Assembly: GCA_035603345.1 (NCBI GenBank) | Contig: DATNKO010000057.1 | Coordinates: 7 to 64,006 of the forward strand | Source: Steroidobacteraceae bacterium | GTDB lineage: Bacteria; Pseudomonadota; Gammaproteobacteria; Steroidobacterales; Steroidobacteraceae | Direction: 5' to 3' | Length of the DNA stretch: 64,000 bases | In this document: one piece after another, positions 43,908-54,202 of the stretch | Layout: each line of letters begins with the position of its first letter | How positions within the stretch are numbered: position 1 is the first letter of the stretch | Notes under the pieces: model-generated | The model's database searches: none | Told to the model about the DNA's origin: nothing | Seen by the model: the letters and a program-made list of their open reading frames with translations, nothing else | Translations under genes and position numbers: made by a program

Positions 43908-45797
43908 TTGCGCGGAACAGCTCGAGACCCGATGAGCCTCAGTCCTGCCGCACGAGAAAGTCACTCGCTCCGCCTGCTGGTGCTGTTCGCGTGCGTAATA
44001 CTCGGCCGTTCGGCGGAGGCGGCCGACTCGCTGTCCTACAAAGTCGACTGGGTGTCATCGGGTCAGCGCGAGGTCGACTCCCTGATGAAGGTCAGTTCGC
44101 AGCTCGAGGCACTGCGGTCGACGGCGCCGGTCGACCCGTACGGCCTGCTGGCGCGCGCCCGGGGCGATGTAACCCGGTTGCAGACTGTCCTCAGGAGCTT
44201 CGGCTACTACCAGGGCGCCATCGCTATCACAATCAATGGCATGGCTCTCGACAGCCCGCCTCTGACGGATGCGGTGAGCGGCCTGCCCAAGGGGACCAAG
44301 CCGCACGTCAGGATCAGCGCGGCGCTTGGGCCGTTGTTCCACTTCGGCCGCGTCGAGATCGAAGGCGAGCTTCCCGCGGGCATGCAGCGCAAGCTCGCCC
44401 TCTCGCCGGGTGCGCCGGCGATTGCATCCGATGCCCTGGCGGCGGGCGCGACCCTGCAGGCCGAGCTGCAGAACACGGGTTATGCGTTCGCGAAGGTCGA
44501 CAAGCCTCGCGCCACGGAGCTACCCGCGCAGCACGTGCTGAACCTGAGATATCGGGTGGCGACCGGAGCGCGTGTCCGCATAGGCGAGATTCGGATCGAG
44601 GGGCTCAAACGCGTACACGAATCGCTGATCCGACGGCGCCTGCTTCTGCGCACCGGCGAGCTCTTTAGCGCAGCGAGCGTTGACAAGGCGCGGGCGGACC
44701 TGCTGAGCCTCGGGCTGTTCTCCCAGGTCAGTGTCCGCGTGGGCGAAGCCCCCGACGCGCAAGGACGCGTGCCGGTCACGTTTGTGCTCGCGGAGGCCAA
44801 ACGGCACACCGTCGGCGTGAGCGCGGCCTACTCGAGTGACCTCGGAGGGAGCGCGGGCGTCAACTGGAGCAATCACAACGTATTCGGCAACGGCGAGCAG
44901 CTCAACTTCGCGGCGACCGCGATCAATCTCGGCGGCACCGCCAGCACCGGACTCGGCTATGACGTGACGCTCGGCTACGTGATCCCGGAGTTTTTCCAGC
45001 GTGATCAGACGCTGAACCTGTCGCTGGGCGCGATTCACCAGGCGCTGCAGGCCTACACGCAGACCGCGGAAACAGCCAGCACGACGCTGAGCCGCAAGCT
45101 CTCGTCCGTGTGGACTGTCACGGCAGGCGTCTCGTCCGAGCATGAGATCATCGACCAGGAAGGCATGGGCTTCAAATACAACCTGCTCTCCCTGCCGATC
45201 GCCGCGCTCTACGACTCTACCGATCTCCCCTCGCCGCTCGCTGATCCGACGCACGGCCTGCGGCTCTCGCTCAATGTCTCACCGACGGTCTCGTACGGCG
45301 CCTCGGACCAGACCTTCGTCGTCACTCAGTTCAGTCTCGCCACCTACTTCGACCTCCATACACTCCTGGCGAGCGATGCGGCGGGGCGGACCGTGCTCGC
45401 CGCAAAGCTGATGAGCGGCATAGACATCGGTGCAACGCAGTTCAGCCTGCCGCCCGATCAACGCTTCTACGCAGGCGGCAGCGGTACGGTCCGGGGCTTC
45501 CGCTACCAGTCGGTCGGCCCGGAATTCGCCGACGGCAATCCCGAGGGCGGCACCAGCATGCAGGCCATCAATCTCGAGCTGCGCCAGCGCGTCGGCGAGA
45601 ATTTAGGTTTCGCCGTCTTCACCGACAGCGGCGGCGTCGCGAGTCCGGCCGGCAGCGTGTACCGTGTTGGCGTGGGAACCGGCGTGCGCTACTACACCAG
45701 CATCGGACCGATTCGGTTCGACGTTGCCGTGCCAGCCGACCGCCGGCCCAATGACGACAAGTTCGAGGTCTACATCGGGCTGGGGCAGGCTTTCTGA
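43908..45797 (+). CDS. tamA: TamA (BamA/Omp85-family translocation and assembly module subunit)
   Basis: Has a signal peptide, POTRA repeats and a C-terminal surface-antigen barrel (RFYAGGSGTVRGF...YIGLGQAF). The start may be ATG 43932. Confidence 0.85.
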   Translation: MRGTARDPMSLSPAARESHSLRLLVLFACVILGRSAEAADSLSYKVDWVSSGQREVDSLMKVSSQLEALRSTAPVDPYGLLARARGDVTRLQTVLRSFGYYQGAIAITINGMALDSPPLTDAVSGLPKGTKPHVRISAALGPLFHFGRVEIEGELPAGMQRKLALSPGAPAIASDALAAGATLQAELQNTGYAFAKVDKPRATELPAQHVLNLRYRVATGARVRIGEIRIEGLKRVHESLIRRRLLLRTGELFSAASVDKARADLLSLGLFSQVSVRVGEAPDAQGRVPVTFVLAEAKRHTVGVSAAYSSDLGGSAGVNWSNHNVFGNGEQLNFAATAINLGGTASTGLGYDVTLGYVIPEFFQRDQTLNLSLGAIHQALQAYTQTAETASTTLSRKLSSVWTVTAGVSSEHEIIDQEGMGFKYNLLSLPIAALYDSTDLPSPLADPTHGLRLSLNVSPTVSYGASDQTFVVTQFSLATYFDLHTLLASDAAGRTVLAAKLMSGIDIGATQFSLPPDQRFYAGGSGTVRGFRYQSVGPEFADGNPEGGTSMQAINLELRQRVGENLGFAVFTDSGGVASPAGSVYRVGVGTGVRYYTSIGPIRFDVAVPADRRPNDDKFEVYIGLGQAF

Positions 45798-48700
45798 TGC
45801 GCCGGGCACGCCGCATCCTCGCGTGGACCCTCGCCGCAGTAGTGCTGCTCGCCGTTGGGCTGCTCGGCGCAGTGCTGACGATCTGCAACACCGGCGGCGG
45901 ACGCAGCCTCATCGAGCGCGAGACGGCACAGCTGAGCTCCGGACGCGTGCACCTCACCGGCCTCGGGGGAGAGTTGCCGTCCTCGATCGACATCGCCAGG
46001 CTCGAGCTGAGCGATGAGCGCGGTGTGTGGATGACGGCTGAACGCATCTCACTGCGCTGGTCGCCGCTCGCGCTCTTTCACTGGGACCTGCACATCAAAC
46101 GCTTGGACGTTGGCCGCATCGATGTCGGCAGACGGCCCCTGAGCACCAGCTCGTCCACCAGCGGCAGCAACGGCGCGCGCCTGCCTGCAGTGGACATCGA
46201 CCAGCTCTCGATCGACACGCTCGATCTGGAACCAGCGGCAGCCGGCGTGCTGGCACGTGTCAACGTTCGGGCGAATGCTCACTACAGGTCGATGGAAGAT
46301 GTGAGCGCGAGCCTGGTCGCACGCCGCACGAACGGCGCGGGTGATTACGAGCTGGCGTTGCGAAACGTTGCGTCGCGCATGACCGCGAGTCTCAAGCTCG
46401 AGGAGCCGGCGGGCGGTCCGATCGAGCATCTCACGAACCTGACCGGTCTCGGCACAGTCGCGGTCACGGCATCCCTCGATGGACCGCGCAATGCCGAGCG
46501 CCTTCAGCTCCTCGCGCGCGCCGGAGAGTTGCAGGCAAATGCCTCCGGAACGATCGATCTCGAGCGCCGATCGGCCGATCTCCTCTACTCGCTGCAGTCT
46601 GCGGCGATGACGCCTACACCCGGTCTGTCCTGGCGACGCATTTCGCTCGAGGGCCGGTTACTCGGTCCCGTGCGCGCCCCGCAGGCAAGCAGCGTCCTTC
46701 ACCTCGAGGCGTTACGGCTACCGGACGGTGCGCAGCTTGACACGCTCGAGGCAAATCTCGCCGCCGACCGTCACCTGCTGACGGTGCGCGCGACGGCCGG
46801 CGGAGTCACGCTACCTGGCTCGCAGCCACAGGTGCTCAAGGGCTCGCCGATCAGGCTGGACGCCATGCTGCGCCTCGATGCAGCCGACCGCCCGCTGCAG
46901 GTCATCCTCACGCACCGCTTGCTGGAGCTCAGGGCCCATGCGATCACGGCAGGCACGCCGAGCGCGACGTTCGAGTTGCGGCTGCCCGACCTGACACCAC
47001 TCGCGGCGCTCTACCAGCAGGAAGTCCGTGGCAGCGTGAGCTTATCGGGGAGAGTCGCACAGGACACGACGACCACCCGGCTCGAAGTGGCTGGCACGGG
47101 AGATGTCCTCGGCTCGAGCGTTGCCGCTCAGCTGCTCGGCGCGAACGCGCGGCTGAATCTCGAGGCAACCTTGACGGCCACGAAGGCGGACATCGGGCGC
47201 CTCACGCTCACCGGGCGCGCGCTTTCAGTCTCAGCGGTCGGCAGCGCCGAGCGGACACCCGCAGGGGCAACCGGCAGTGCCGTGCGAGCGCTTCGCGCAC
47301 GCTGGCAGGTCAATTTGCCGAATCTGCGACTGATCTCCCCGTCGATGGCGGGCTCACTCGAGACGAGCGGTACGGTCAGCGGACCGCTGCAGTCCCTGAC
47401 CGCCGATGTGCGGGCCCGGTCGAGGCTCTCGGTCCACGGCTCCCCGCCTGGAACGGTCGAGGCGACCCTGCAGGCACGCGGACTCCCTGCCGCTCCACGG
47501 GCGGTGGTCCAGGCGAACGGCACCTTCGATGGCGCGCCACTGCGCCTCGATGCCTCCCTTGAACGAGTCGGGCAGAGCGGCTTCCATGTCGTCGTGCAGC
47601 GCACAGCGTGGAAAAGTGTGTTGGTCAACGGGGAGCTGACAGCGGACCGGAACCTCGCCGCAGGCCACGGCAGCCTGCGCCTGCGTATCGACCGGCTGGC
47701 CGATCTGCAACACCTCGTCGGGACGAATCTCGAGGGCAGCATTGCAGCCGATGTGACACTGACGCCGAGCGCCGGCCGCACGCGTGCGCAAGGCGAGATC
47801 ATCGCCCGCAACGTGGCGATGAGCGGCATCTCGGGAGATGCCCGGATCTCTGCCACCGGTCCGCTCGATGCATTACGAATCGAGCTTGCCGCGCAATCCC
47901 CGAACGTCGCCGGCGCGCCGGCAAGCCTCTCGAGTGCTGCGCGCCTCGACGAGACCGCGCGAGTGCTCGACCTCGATAGCTTCGAAGCGCGCTATCGCGG
48001 CCAGACGCTGCGCCTGCTTTCAGCTTCACGAGTGATGTTCGCGAAGGGTCTGAGCGTGAGAAACCTGAGGCTGGGCGCGCAAAAGGCTGTGGTCACCGTC
48101 GACGGCGAGCTGTCACCGGCGCTCGATGTTCACGCGTCTATCCAGCAGATCGATGCGGCGCTCATCGATGCGTTCGTCCCGAACCTGCTCGCCCAGGGGA
48201 CCTTCAACGCCGATGCGCGCGTGCGGGGCAGCCCGTCGGCGCCGGTCGGACAGGCATCGCTCGTGATCGCGGGCCTGAAGCTTGCCAACGACGCCGCACA
48301 GGGATTGCCAGCGCTCGATGCTCACGGGTCAGCGCGATTCATGGGCAGCACGGCGGATGTCTCCGCGGAGCTCAACGCGGGCCCCGAGTCCCGGCTCAGC
48401 CTGAGCGGCCGTGCCCCGCTCAGCGCCACCGGCGAGGTGACTCTAAAGCTCGCAGGCAAACTGGACGCGACGCTGATGAACTCGATCCTCGAGGCCCGCG
48501 GCGAGCGCGCCGCGGGCATGCTCACCGTGGATGCTACGGTAGCCGGAACGGCGCGCGCACCGCAGATCAGGGGCACGGTTCGTCTTGCCAACGGCGATCT
48601 GCGCGATTATGCGGAAGGCATCCATCTTCAGGACATCAACGCGCTGCTTGTCGGCAACCAGGAGGGCGTGCTGCGGATCGCGAGCATGACGGCGCGCGCA

Positions 48701-49801
48701 GGTCCGGGCCAGCTCTCGGCGCAGGGCACGGTGGGCGTGCTGCAGCCGAAAATGCCGATCGACGTGCAGCTCTCTGCCCAGCGCATCCAACCGATCACCA
48801 GCGACATTCTGACGGCGAACCTTGACACTCGCATGCGCGTTGCGGGCACGCTGCGAGAGCGGCTCGACGTGACGGGCACCATTCACGTCAACCGGGCTTC
48901 GATCACTATCCCGAACGGCTTGCCGCCGAGCGTCGCTGTGCTCGATGTGGAAGTTGAGGGTCAGTCGGCGCCGCCCGCCCCGACGCCATCGCGGCTCGTC
49001 ATCGGTCTTGGCATCACGCTGGATGCACCGCAGACTATCTTCGTGCAGGGAAGAGGATTGGACGCGCAGCTCGGAGGCAAGCTCGAGTTGACGGGTACTT
49101 CCGACAATCCGCAGGTGAAAGGCGGGTTCTCCATGATTCGCGGCGCGTTCTCCCTCGCCGGCACGAGCCTCAAATTCACCAGCGGCGAGGTGAGCTTCAA
49201 CGGCGCGGGCCTCAAGGGCGAGATCGATCCAACGCTCGATTTCGTGGCGCAGGCAAGCGTCACATACACGGCAGCTACGACAGTCACGCTGCACATCACC
49301 GGCTTCGCTGACTCACCGCAGATGACGCTGAGCAGTACTCCCACCCTCCCGCAGGACGACCTGCTGGCGCTGCTTCTGTTCGGCAAGCCCGCCTCGCAGC
49401 TGAGCGCGATCCAGCTCGCGGAGACGGGTGCCGCGCTCGCGAGCTTGAGTGGCATCGGCGGCGGCAACAGCAGCCTCAATCCCGTCACCCGAATCAAGAA
49501 CCTGTTCGGGCTTAACACCCTTTCGGTCGGCAGCGCGGCGCCGCCCCCTGGTGCCACCACCGCCAGCAGCACTCAGCCGGCCGGCGCGAGTGTTACCGGC
49601 GGAAAATACGTCTCCAACAGGGTGTATGTCGCCGCAACGCAGACGACCAACGGCTCGAGCCAGGTAGAGGTCGATGTCGACCTGAGCCAAAACCTGAAGC
49701 TGCAGACACGCCTCGGCAACGGCACGGCCACGGCGCAGGGAACGACCCCCGAGAATGATCCGGGAAGCAGCATCGGGCTGACGTATCAGTTCCACTACTG
49801 A
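45797..49801 (+). CDS. tamB: TamB (translocation and assembly module, DUF490 C-terminus)
   Basis: 1334 aa with an N-terminal anchor helix and a long beta-rich body. The C-terminus has GKYVSNRVYV...LKLQTRLG. Its ATG overlaps the tamA stop (TGATG). Confidence 0.85.
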   Translation: MRRARRILAWTLAAVVLLAVGLLGAVLTICNTGGGRSLIERETAQLSSGRVHLTGLGGELPSSIDIARLELSDERGVWMTAERISLRWSPLALFHWDLHIKRLDVGRIDVGRRPLSTSSSTSGSNGARLPAVDIDQLSIDTLDLEPAAAGVLARVNVRANAHYRSMEDVSASLVARRTNGAGDYELALRNVASRMTASLKLEEPAGGPIEHLTNLTGLGTVAVTASLDGPRNAERLQLLARAGELQANASGTIDLERRSADLLYSLQSAAMTPTPGLSWRRISLEGRLLGPVRAPQASSVLHLEALRLPDGAQLDTLEANLAADRHLLTVRATAGGVTLPGSQPQVLKGSPIRLDAMLRLDAADRPLQVILTHRLLELRAHAITAGTPSATFELRLPDLTPLAALYQQEVRGSVSLSGRVAQDTTTTRLEVAGTGDVLGSSVAAQLLGANARLNLEATLTATKADIGRLTLTGRALSVSAVGSAERTPAGATGSAVRALRARWQVNLPNLRLISPSMAGSLETSGTVSGPLQSLTADVRARSRLSVHGSPPGTVEATLQARGLPAAPRAVVQANGTFDGAPLRLDASLERVGQSGFHVVVQRTAWKSVLVNGELTADRNLAAGHGSLRLRIDRLADLQHLVGTNLEGSIAADVTLTPSAGRTRAQGEIIARNVAMSGISGDARISATGPLDALRIELAAQSPNVAGAPASLSSAARLDETARVLDLDSFEARYRGQTLRLLSASRVMFAKGLSVRNLRLGAQKAVVTVDGELSPALDVHASIQQIDAALIDAFVPNLLAQGTFNADARVRGSPSAPVGQASLVIAGLKLANDAAQGLPALDAHGSARFMGSTADVSAELNAGPESRLSLSGRAPLSATGEVTLKLAGKLDATLMNSILEARGERAAGMLTVDATVAGTARAPQIRGTVRLANGDLRDYAEGIHLQDINALLVGNQEGVLRIASMTARAGPGQLSAQGTVGVLQPKMPIDVQLSAQRIQPITSDILTANLDTRMRVAGTLRERLDVTGTIHVNRASITIPNGLPPSVAVLDVEVEGQSAPPAPTPSRLVIGLGITLDAPQTIFVQGRGLDAQLGGKLELTGTSDNPQVKGGFSMIRGAFSLAGTSLKFTSGEVSFNGAGLKGEIDPTLDFVAQASVTYTAATTVTLHITGFADSPQMTLSSTPTLPQDDLLALLLFGKPASQLSAIQLAETGAALASLSGIGGGNSSLNPVTRIKNLFGLNTLSVGSAAPPPGATTASSTQPAGASVTGGKYVSNRVYVAATQTTNGSSQVEVDVDLSQNLKLQTRLGNGTATAQGTTPENDPGSSIGLTYQFHY

Positions 49802-49805
49802 AATC

Positions 49806-50426
49806 GTGAAACGCTCGGTCGCCCTGCAGATCTGGCTGCTCTCACTGTTGGCTTGCGCCGCGGCAGTGCTGTTTTCATTCGCGTACCTGGATGTGCCGAT
49901 AGCGCTGTATTTCTGGCGAGTCGGACGGGTTCTGAGACCGCTGGACAAGACCTTCGGAACCGCCGTCATTCTGTCTGCAGAGTCACTGGTGGTCTTGGCC
50001 CTGTTCGTTGCGCGCCTGGTGCGGGGACATCTCTCGCCTTTCGGGGAGGTTTTGGCGATCGCCTGCCTGACCTCGATATGTGCCTATGCCATCAACAGCG
50101 ATGTATTGAAAGTAGTTTTCGGGGTTCCAAAACCTGATGAGGTAATGGACGGCGTCACACACACCTTTTATTTTCTGACGGGTTCCGGAGATGAAAGCTT
50201 TCCCTCCGGCCACATGGTATTGGCGGGGGCGTTCGCGGGAGTTCTCATGCGGTTCTACCGCGCCAGCATCTGGCCGCTTTCGGCACTGTTGGTGCTCGCC
50301 GCGGGTCTGCTGGTCGTAGGCGACTGGCACTTTCTCAGCGATGTAATCGCGGGAACTTTTCTCGGCGTGTCGGCAGGAATTCTGGCCGGCGAAGGCTGGG
50401 CAGTTCACAAACAGCTGCTGCAGTAG
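49806..50426 (+). CDS. PAP2-family phosphatase
   Basis: A membrane protein with PAP2 motifs SFPSGH and DWHFLSDVIAG. It uses a GTG start 4 nt after tamB. Confidence 0.8.
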   Translation: MKRSVALQIWLLSLLACAAAVLFSFAYLDVPIALYFWRVGRVLRPLDKTFGTAVILSAESLVVLALFVARLVRGHLSPFGEVLAIACLTSICAYAINSDVLKVVFGVPKPDEVMDGVTHTFYFLTGSGDESFPSGHMVLAGAFAGVLMRFYRASIWPLSALLVLAAGLLVVGDWHFLSDVIAGTFLGVSAGILAGEGWAVHKQLLQ

Positions 50427-50430
50427 AACC

Positions 50431-52665
50431 CTATCGGCACAGCGGCTCGCGGCGGTCCCAGACTCCCGGCACGTACGGGAAGCACAGTGCCTCGTAGTAC
50501 GCGAGGTCGTGCTCGGGCGGCGGGTAACCGGCGGGCAGCGCACGCCGCGACAGCGACTGAAAGTAGGCGACGTTGGCATCGCGCCACCAGCGCGCCTCCT
50601 TCTCCTGGATCGCCAGATACGCCTCCACCTCCGCGAAGCGCTCGGCGTCGATGCGCCCGGCCAGGCCGGCCCAGGTCCGCTGCATGTCGGCCACGTGTGT
50701 GACTCCACGCGCATAGCGCTCGAGGAGCTCCTCCCACAACGTGCGCCCCGGGGGCATCCGGTAGTCCCACGGAACGTGGTGGAACCACAGCAACAGCTCC
50801 GGCGGAACCTGCCGCAGATCCTGGAACCGCGCCGCAACCGGCGCTGCATACTGCGCGACCGCATTACTGCCGGTCGCGGTGCGGTCGAAGCCGATGCCCT
50901 GCGCATCGGCTCGGTTGAAATACCTGGATGCCTCCAGCCACGGCGCGGGGCCGTAGTGCGAGGCCGCCATCTGGTGGGCCAGTCCGAGCGGCGTCATGTA
51001 ATCGACCGTCGCCTCGCGCGAGGCCATCATCATCCCGACCACGGGAGCGACGAACAGCGGATCGTTCGAGAAAGTCAGCCGCACCCATTCCTCGGCGATA
51101 TCCCGCGCCAACAGGGTGGGGTCCCACGCCAGGCGGCCGAACGCGTACCAGTTGGCCTGATCGAAAACTGAGCCGCTCCAGTTGCGGCCGGAGCCGATGT
51201 TGGCGACACCCGCCATTCCCGACTGCGGTCTGTCGAACAGCGAGCCGTCGATGACCCGCGCGACGGTGGAGCCCGGTCCGCGCGCGAAGGTATCCGAGCG
51301 CAGCGTCTCCTCGAACAGCGGGCCGAGATAGACCAGGTGCGTGGCAAAGCCCAGGTACTCCTTGGTGATCTGGAGCTCGAGCATCAGCGAGGTGCGCGGC
51401 ATGGCGCCGAACAGCGGATGAAAGGGCTCGCGCGGCTGGAAGTCGATCGGGCCGTTCTTCACCTGCAGCAGCACGTTGCGCTCGAACTTCCCGTCGAGCG
51501 GCTTGAATTCGTCGAACGCCTGACGGGCGCGGTCGCGCGACTGCCGCTCGGAGTAGACGAACGCGCGCCACATCACGATGCCGCCGTGCGGCGCGAGCGC
51601 TCGCGCGAGCATGTTGGCGCCGTCGGCATGGGTGCGCCCGTAGTCCTCAGGACCCGGCCGTCCTTCGGAGTTCGCCTTTACCAGGAAGCCCCCGAAATCC
51701 GGGATGAGTGCGTAGATCTCCTCGACCTTGGCTCGCCACCACGCGCGCACCTGCGGATCGAGGGGGTCGGCCGTCCGCAGGCCGCCGATGGCGATCGGCG
51801 AGTCAAACGGGGCGGTGACATACACGCGCAGGCCGTAGGGGCGGAACAGGCCGGCGAGCGCCGCGTACTTGAGCAGGTAGCGGCGCGTCAGGCTGACGGG
51901 ATCGGAGTTGACGTTGGTCAGCACCGTGCCGTTGATTCCGAGAGAGGCGCTGGCGCGTGCGTAGTCCCGGTAGCGAGGATCGAGGTAATCGGGGAGCTTT
52001 TGCCAGTCCCAGATGGATTCGCCCGCGTAGCCGCGCTGCACCGTTCGATCGAGGTTGTCCCAGTGATCGAGGATGCGACGGCGGACGCGCGGCACAGAGA
52101 CAAGATTCAGTCGTTCCGGCGAGCGTTCGGTTGCCAGCAGTCTCAGGAAGGTGAACGTGCCGTAGAGAACGCCGGCCTCGTGGCGGCCCGCAATGACAGT
52201 GAGGCGCCGTCCCTCGTGCTCGAGGCTGCGTATGAGGAAGCCTTCACCCCCGGTCGCGGCGAGATCGAGTCGCAGGGCGGCGATGAACGGGGACGAAGCG
52301 GGAGTTCCGATGACGAGGCTTCCGTCACCGCTCGGGCGCGCCCGAATGGGCGGCACTGCGCCGAGGAGTCCGCCGAGACCGCGCGCGAGCTCTGCCTCCG
52401 CAAGGTCGAGTGTCGGGGTGTGCTGGCCGGCGACGATCTCGGTCGCCATGCGGCGGTCCGCGTCGCGCGTTGCGACCGGGAGGGGTGGGTAGCGCAGCCA
52501 CAGCTCGTAGCCGTCCTCGGCGGCGGCCGGTCGCAGCGGCGCGCACAGAACGATGAGCGTCAGCCACGCGAGCCGCCGCCCGGCGGCACTCGCAACCCGC
52601 CGGGAGCCACCGACCTGTCGAGTGAATTTACATTCTCGGCTGGATGCTGGCGGCGCGCAGTACAA
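50431..52665 (-). CDS. aguA: GH67 alpha-glucuronidase
   Basis: 744 aa. The mature N-terminus EDGYELWLRY and the overall length are typical of GH67. It has a long basic signal region (GSRRVASAAGRRLAWLTLIV). Confidence 0.8.
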   Translation of the reverse strand: MYCAPPASSRECKFTRQVGGSRRVASAAGRRLAWLTLIVLCAPLRPAAAEDGYELWLRYPPLPVATRDADRRMATEIVAGQHTPTLDLAEAELARGLGGLLGAVPPIRARPSGDGSLVIGTPASSPFIAALRLDLAATGGEGFLIRSLEHEGRRLTVIAGRHEAGVLYGTFTFLRLLATERSPERLNLVSVPRVRRRILDHWDNLDRTVQRGYAGESIWDWQKLPDYLDPRYRDYARASASLGINGTVLTNVNSDPVSLTRRYLLKYAALAGLFRPYGLRVYVTAPFDSPIAIGGLRTADPLDPQVRAWWRAKVEEIYALIPDFGGFLVKANSEGRPGPEDYGRTHADGANMLARALAPHGGIVMWRAFVYSERQSRDRARQAFDEFKPLDGKFERNVLLQVKNGPIDFQPREPFHPLFGAMPRTSLMLELQITKEYLGFATHLVYLGPLFEETLRSDTFARGPGSTVARVIDGSLFDRPQSGMAGVANIGSGRNWSGSVFDQANWYAFGRLAWDPTLLARDIAEEWVRLTFSNDPLFVAPVVGMMMASREATVDYMTPLGLAHQMAASHYGPAPWLEASRYFNRADAQGIGFDRTATGSNAVAQYAAPVAARFQDLRQVPPELLLWFHHVPWDYRMPPGRTLWEELLERYARGVTHVADMQRTWAGLAGRIDAERFAEVEAYLAIQEKEARWWRDANVAYFQSLSRRALPAGYPPPEHDLAYYEALCFPYVPGVWDRREPLCR

Positions 52666-52778
52666 GTGCTTGATCCGGCGACATGGCTCAGATTTTGCAT
52701 CCTACGAATTCGGCGGCGACTTCAGGCTGGCCGCGGTGGCAAGCCTAACATTCGAGCAACCAATTGGAGGTCTCTGGC

Positions 52779-53504
52779 GTGAACAGAAAAACGGTAATGG
52801 GCTTCTCGGCCGCCGCTCTTTGCATAGGACTCGCAGTTCCGTGCTTTGGAGATGTCGTCAGCGTCGACGAGACCACTTGTATATCGGGCAGTGTGTCAGT
52901 GCCCTGCACCACTCCCTCGACTCTGACTGACTTCCAGACCAGCGGCACGACATTCAACTACGTTTTTACATTGCCGGACCACGACAACTTCCTGATATAT
53001 GGAAGTACAAGCTGGGATAACGACGGGTCTGGAGACTTCGGCTTCGGTACCGCTATTGGGGCGCAGTACCTTGGAAACGCAGTGACGGGGAGCGTGCCCT
53101 CTCAGGCGGAGACGATCAGAGTCGACGATTCACAATTTCTCAATCTGGACGGCAGCGATCAAGGCACTTTTAATGAAAATGACACGATTTATTTTAATGG
53201 TCCGATCGGAGCCGGCAGCCAGGCTACTGCGTACTACACAGTGGATGGACAGCCGCTGCCGACGATGACCTTCTCTCCGCCCAGCGGTTCCCAGTCCGAG
53301 AGCAATGTATTTTTGCCGGGGTTGACCGAGCCGTTTCTGATTGACTGGACGCAAACGTTCTCTTTTGCCGCCGGGTCCCAACCCGGAGCGGCAATCACCT
53401 TCAATCCGGTTCCCGAGCCGGGCTCCTTTTCATTAACCTTGCTTGTTGCACTCGGGTTGGCTGTTAACCTCGTTTTCCGGAATCGCCGCTCGAAGACCTG
53501 TTAA
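52779..53504 (+). CDS. PEP-CTERM sorting-domain secreted protein
   Basis: GGAGG sits 8 nt before GTG 52779. Has a signal peptide and the C-terminal motif VPEPGSFSLTLLVALGLAVNLVFRNRRSK. Confidence 0.75.
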   Translation: MNRKTVMGFSAAALCIGLAVPCFGDVVSVDETTCISGSVSVPCTTPSTLTDFQTSGTTFNYVFTLPDHDNFLIYGSTSWDNDGSGDFGFGTAIGAQYLGNAVTGSVPSQAETIRVDDSQFLNLDGSDQGTFNENDTIYFNGPIGAGSQATAYYTVDGQPLPTMTFSPPSGSQSESNVFLPGLTEPFLIDWTQTFSFAAGSQPGAAITFNPVPEPGSFSLTLLVALGLAVNLVFRNRRSKTC

Positions 53505-53535
53505 CAGGGTCCCGCCGCGATAAGTGATCCATGAG

Positions 53536-53557
53536 CCGCGTCGGTGCGCCGACGCGG
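53536..53557 (+). terminator. hairpin downstream of the PEP-CTERM gene
   Basis: CCGCGTCGG-TGCG-CCGACGCGG forms a perfect 9-bp stem. The downstream T tract is weak (GCGATGGATTTAT). Confidence 0.35.
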
Positions 53558-54004
53558 GCGATGGATTTATATGCCCTGAGGGACCTTGCCGTTCCCTCCT
53601 TCCTCGCCGAACGATCTTTCGGTGCGCGCACTACAAGAGCGAGTTCACGCTTGCGGAAAGTTGGGCGTGCGCGCGTCACACAACTGCCCGATTGCCCTGG
53701 AAATCCTTCCTTAAGAAATGCAAAGTCATCGTAAGACATACTGACATCGGGTAATCGATTGAACCTCAGAAAGCGCTTGCATCGAGCGCGCCGCAAGGCA
53801 AAGGCCAACCGCCTCACGCGCTGGCAGAGAGTTCCTCAGGCTGAATAGAGCCGGGAACGAAGCCGCCCTGGGCATGGGGCCGACGAAAACCAACCTCAGC
53901 CAGGCCTGCGTCCGACACCGGCCGCCTCCCAGGTGAGTGCCGCTCCGTGGCGATCCGCGCTGCCCTCTGCACAGTCGCTCGAGCCTGCACCAGCGACAAA
54001 CTCA

Positions 54005-54150
54005 TCTTGCTTGTTCCTCATCGAGGATGAGGATCGGCGCGTCCTTCATCACCGCGCGCGCAATCGCCAGTCGCTGGCGCTCGCCACCTGAAAGCGAGCG
54101 GCCGCGCTCCGCCACTGGCGTAAGATTGCGCCCGTGTGAATCATCATGGA
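54005..54150 (-). pseudogene. remnant of an ABC-exporter ATPase (signature to Walker B only)
   Basis: The minus strand reads ...[39 protein letters not shown]-stop. No Walker A or TMD lies upstream and no D-loop or H-loop lies downstream. Confidence 0.6.
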
Positions 54151-54202
54151 TGGACGAAGCTACCCGCCGCTCGAAGGCGGCCTCGAGACCTGGGGGGACC
54201 AG

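Noticed and set aside
53464-53817. 117-aa minus-strand ORF between the PEP-CTERM gene and the ABC remnant
   Set aside because: It has no recognisable features, spans the hairpin at 53536-53557, and is probably non-coding scar sequence.
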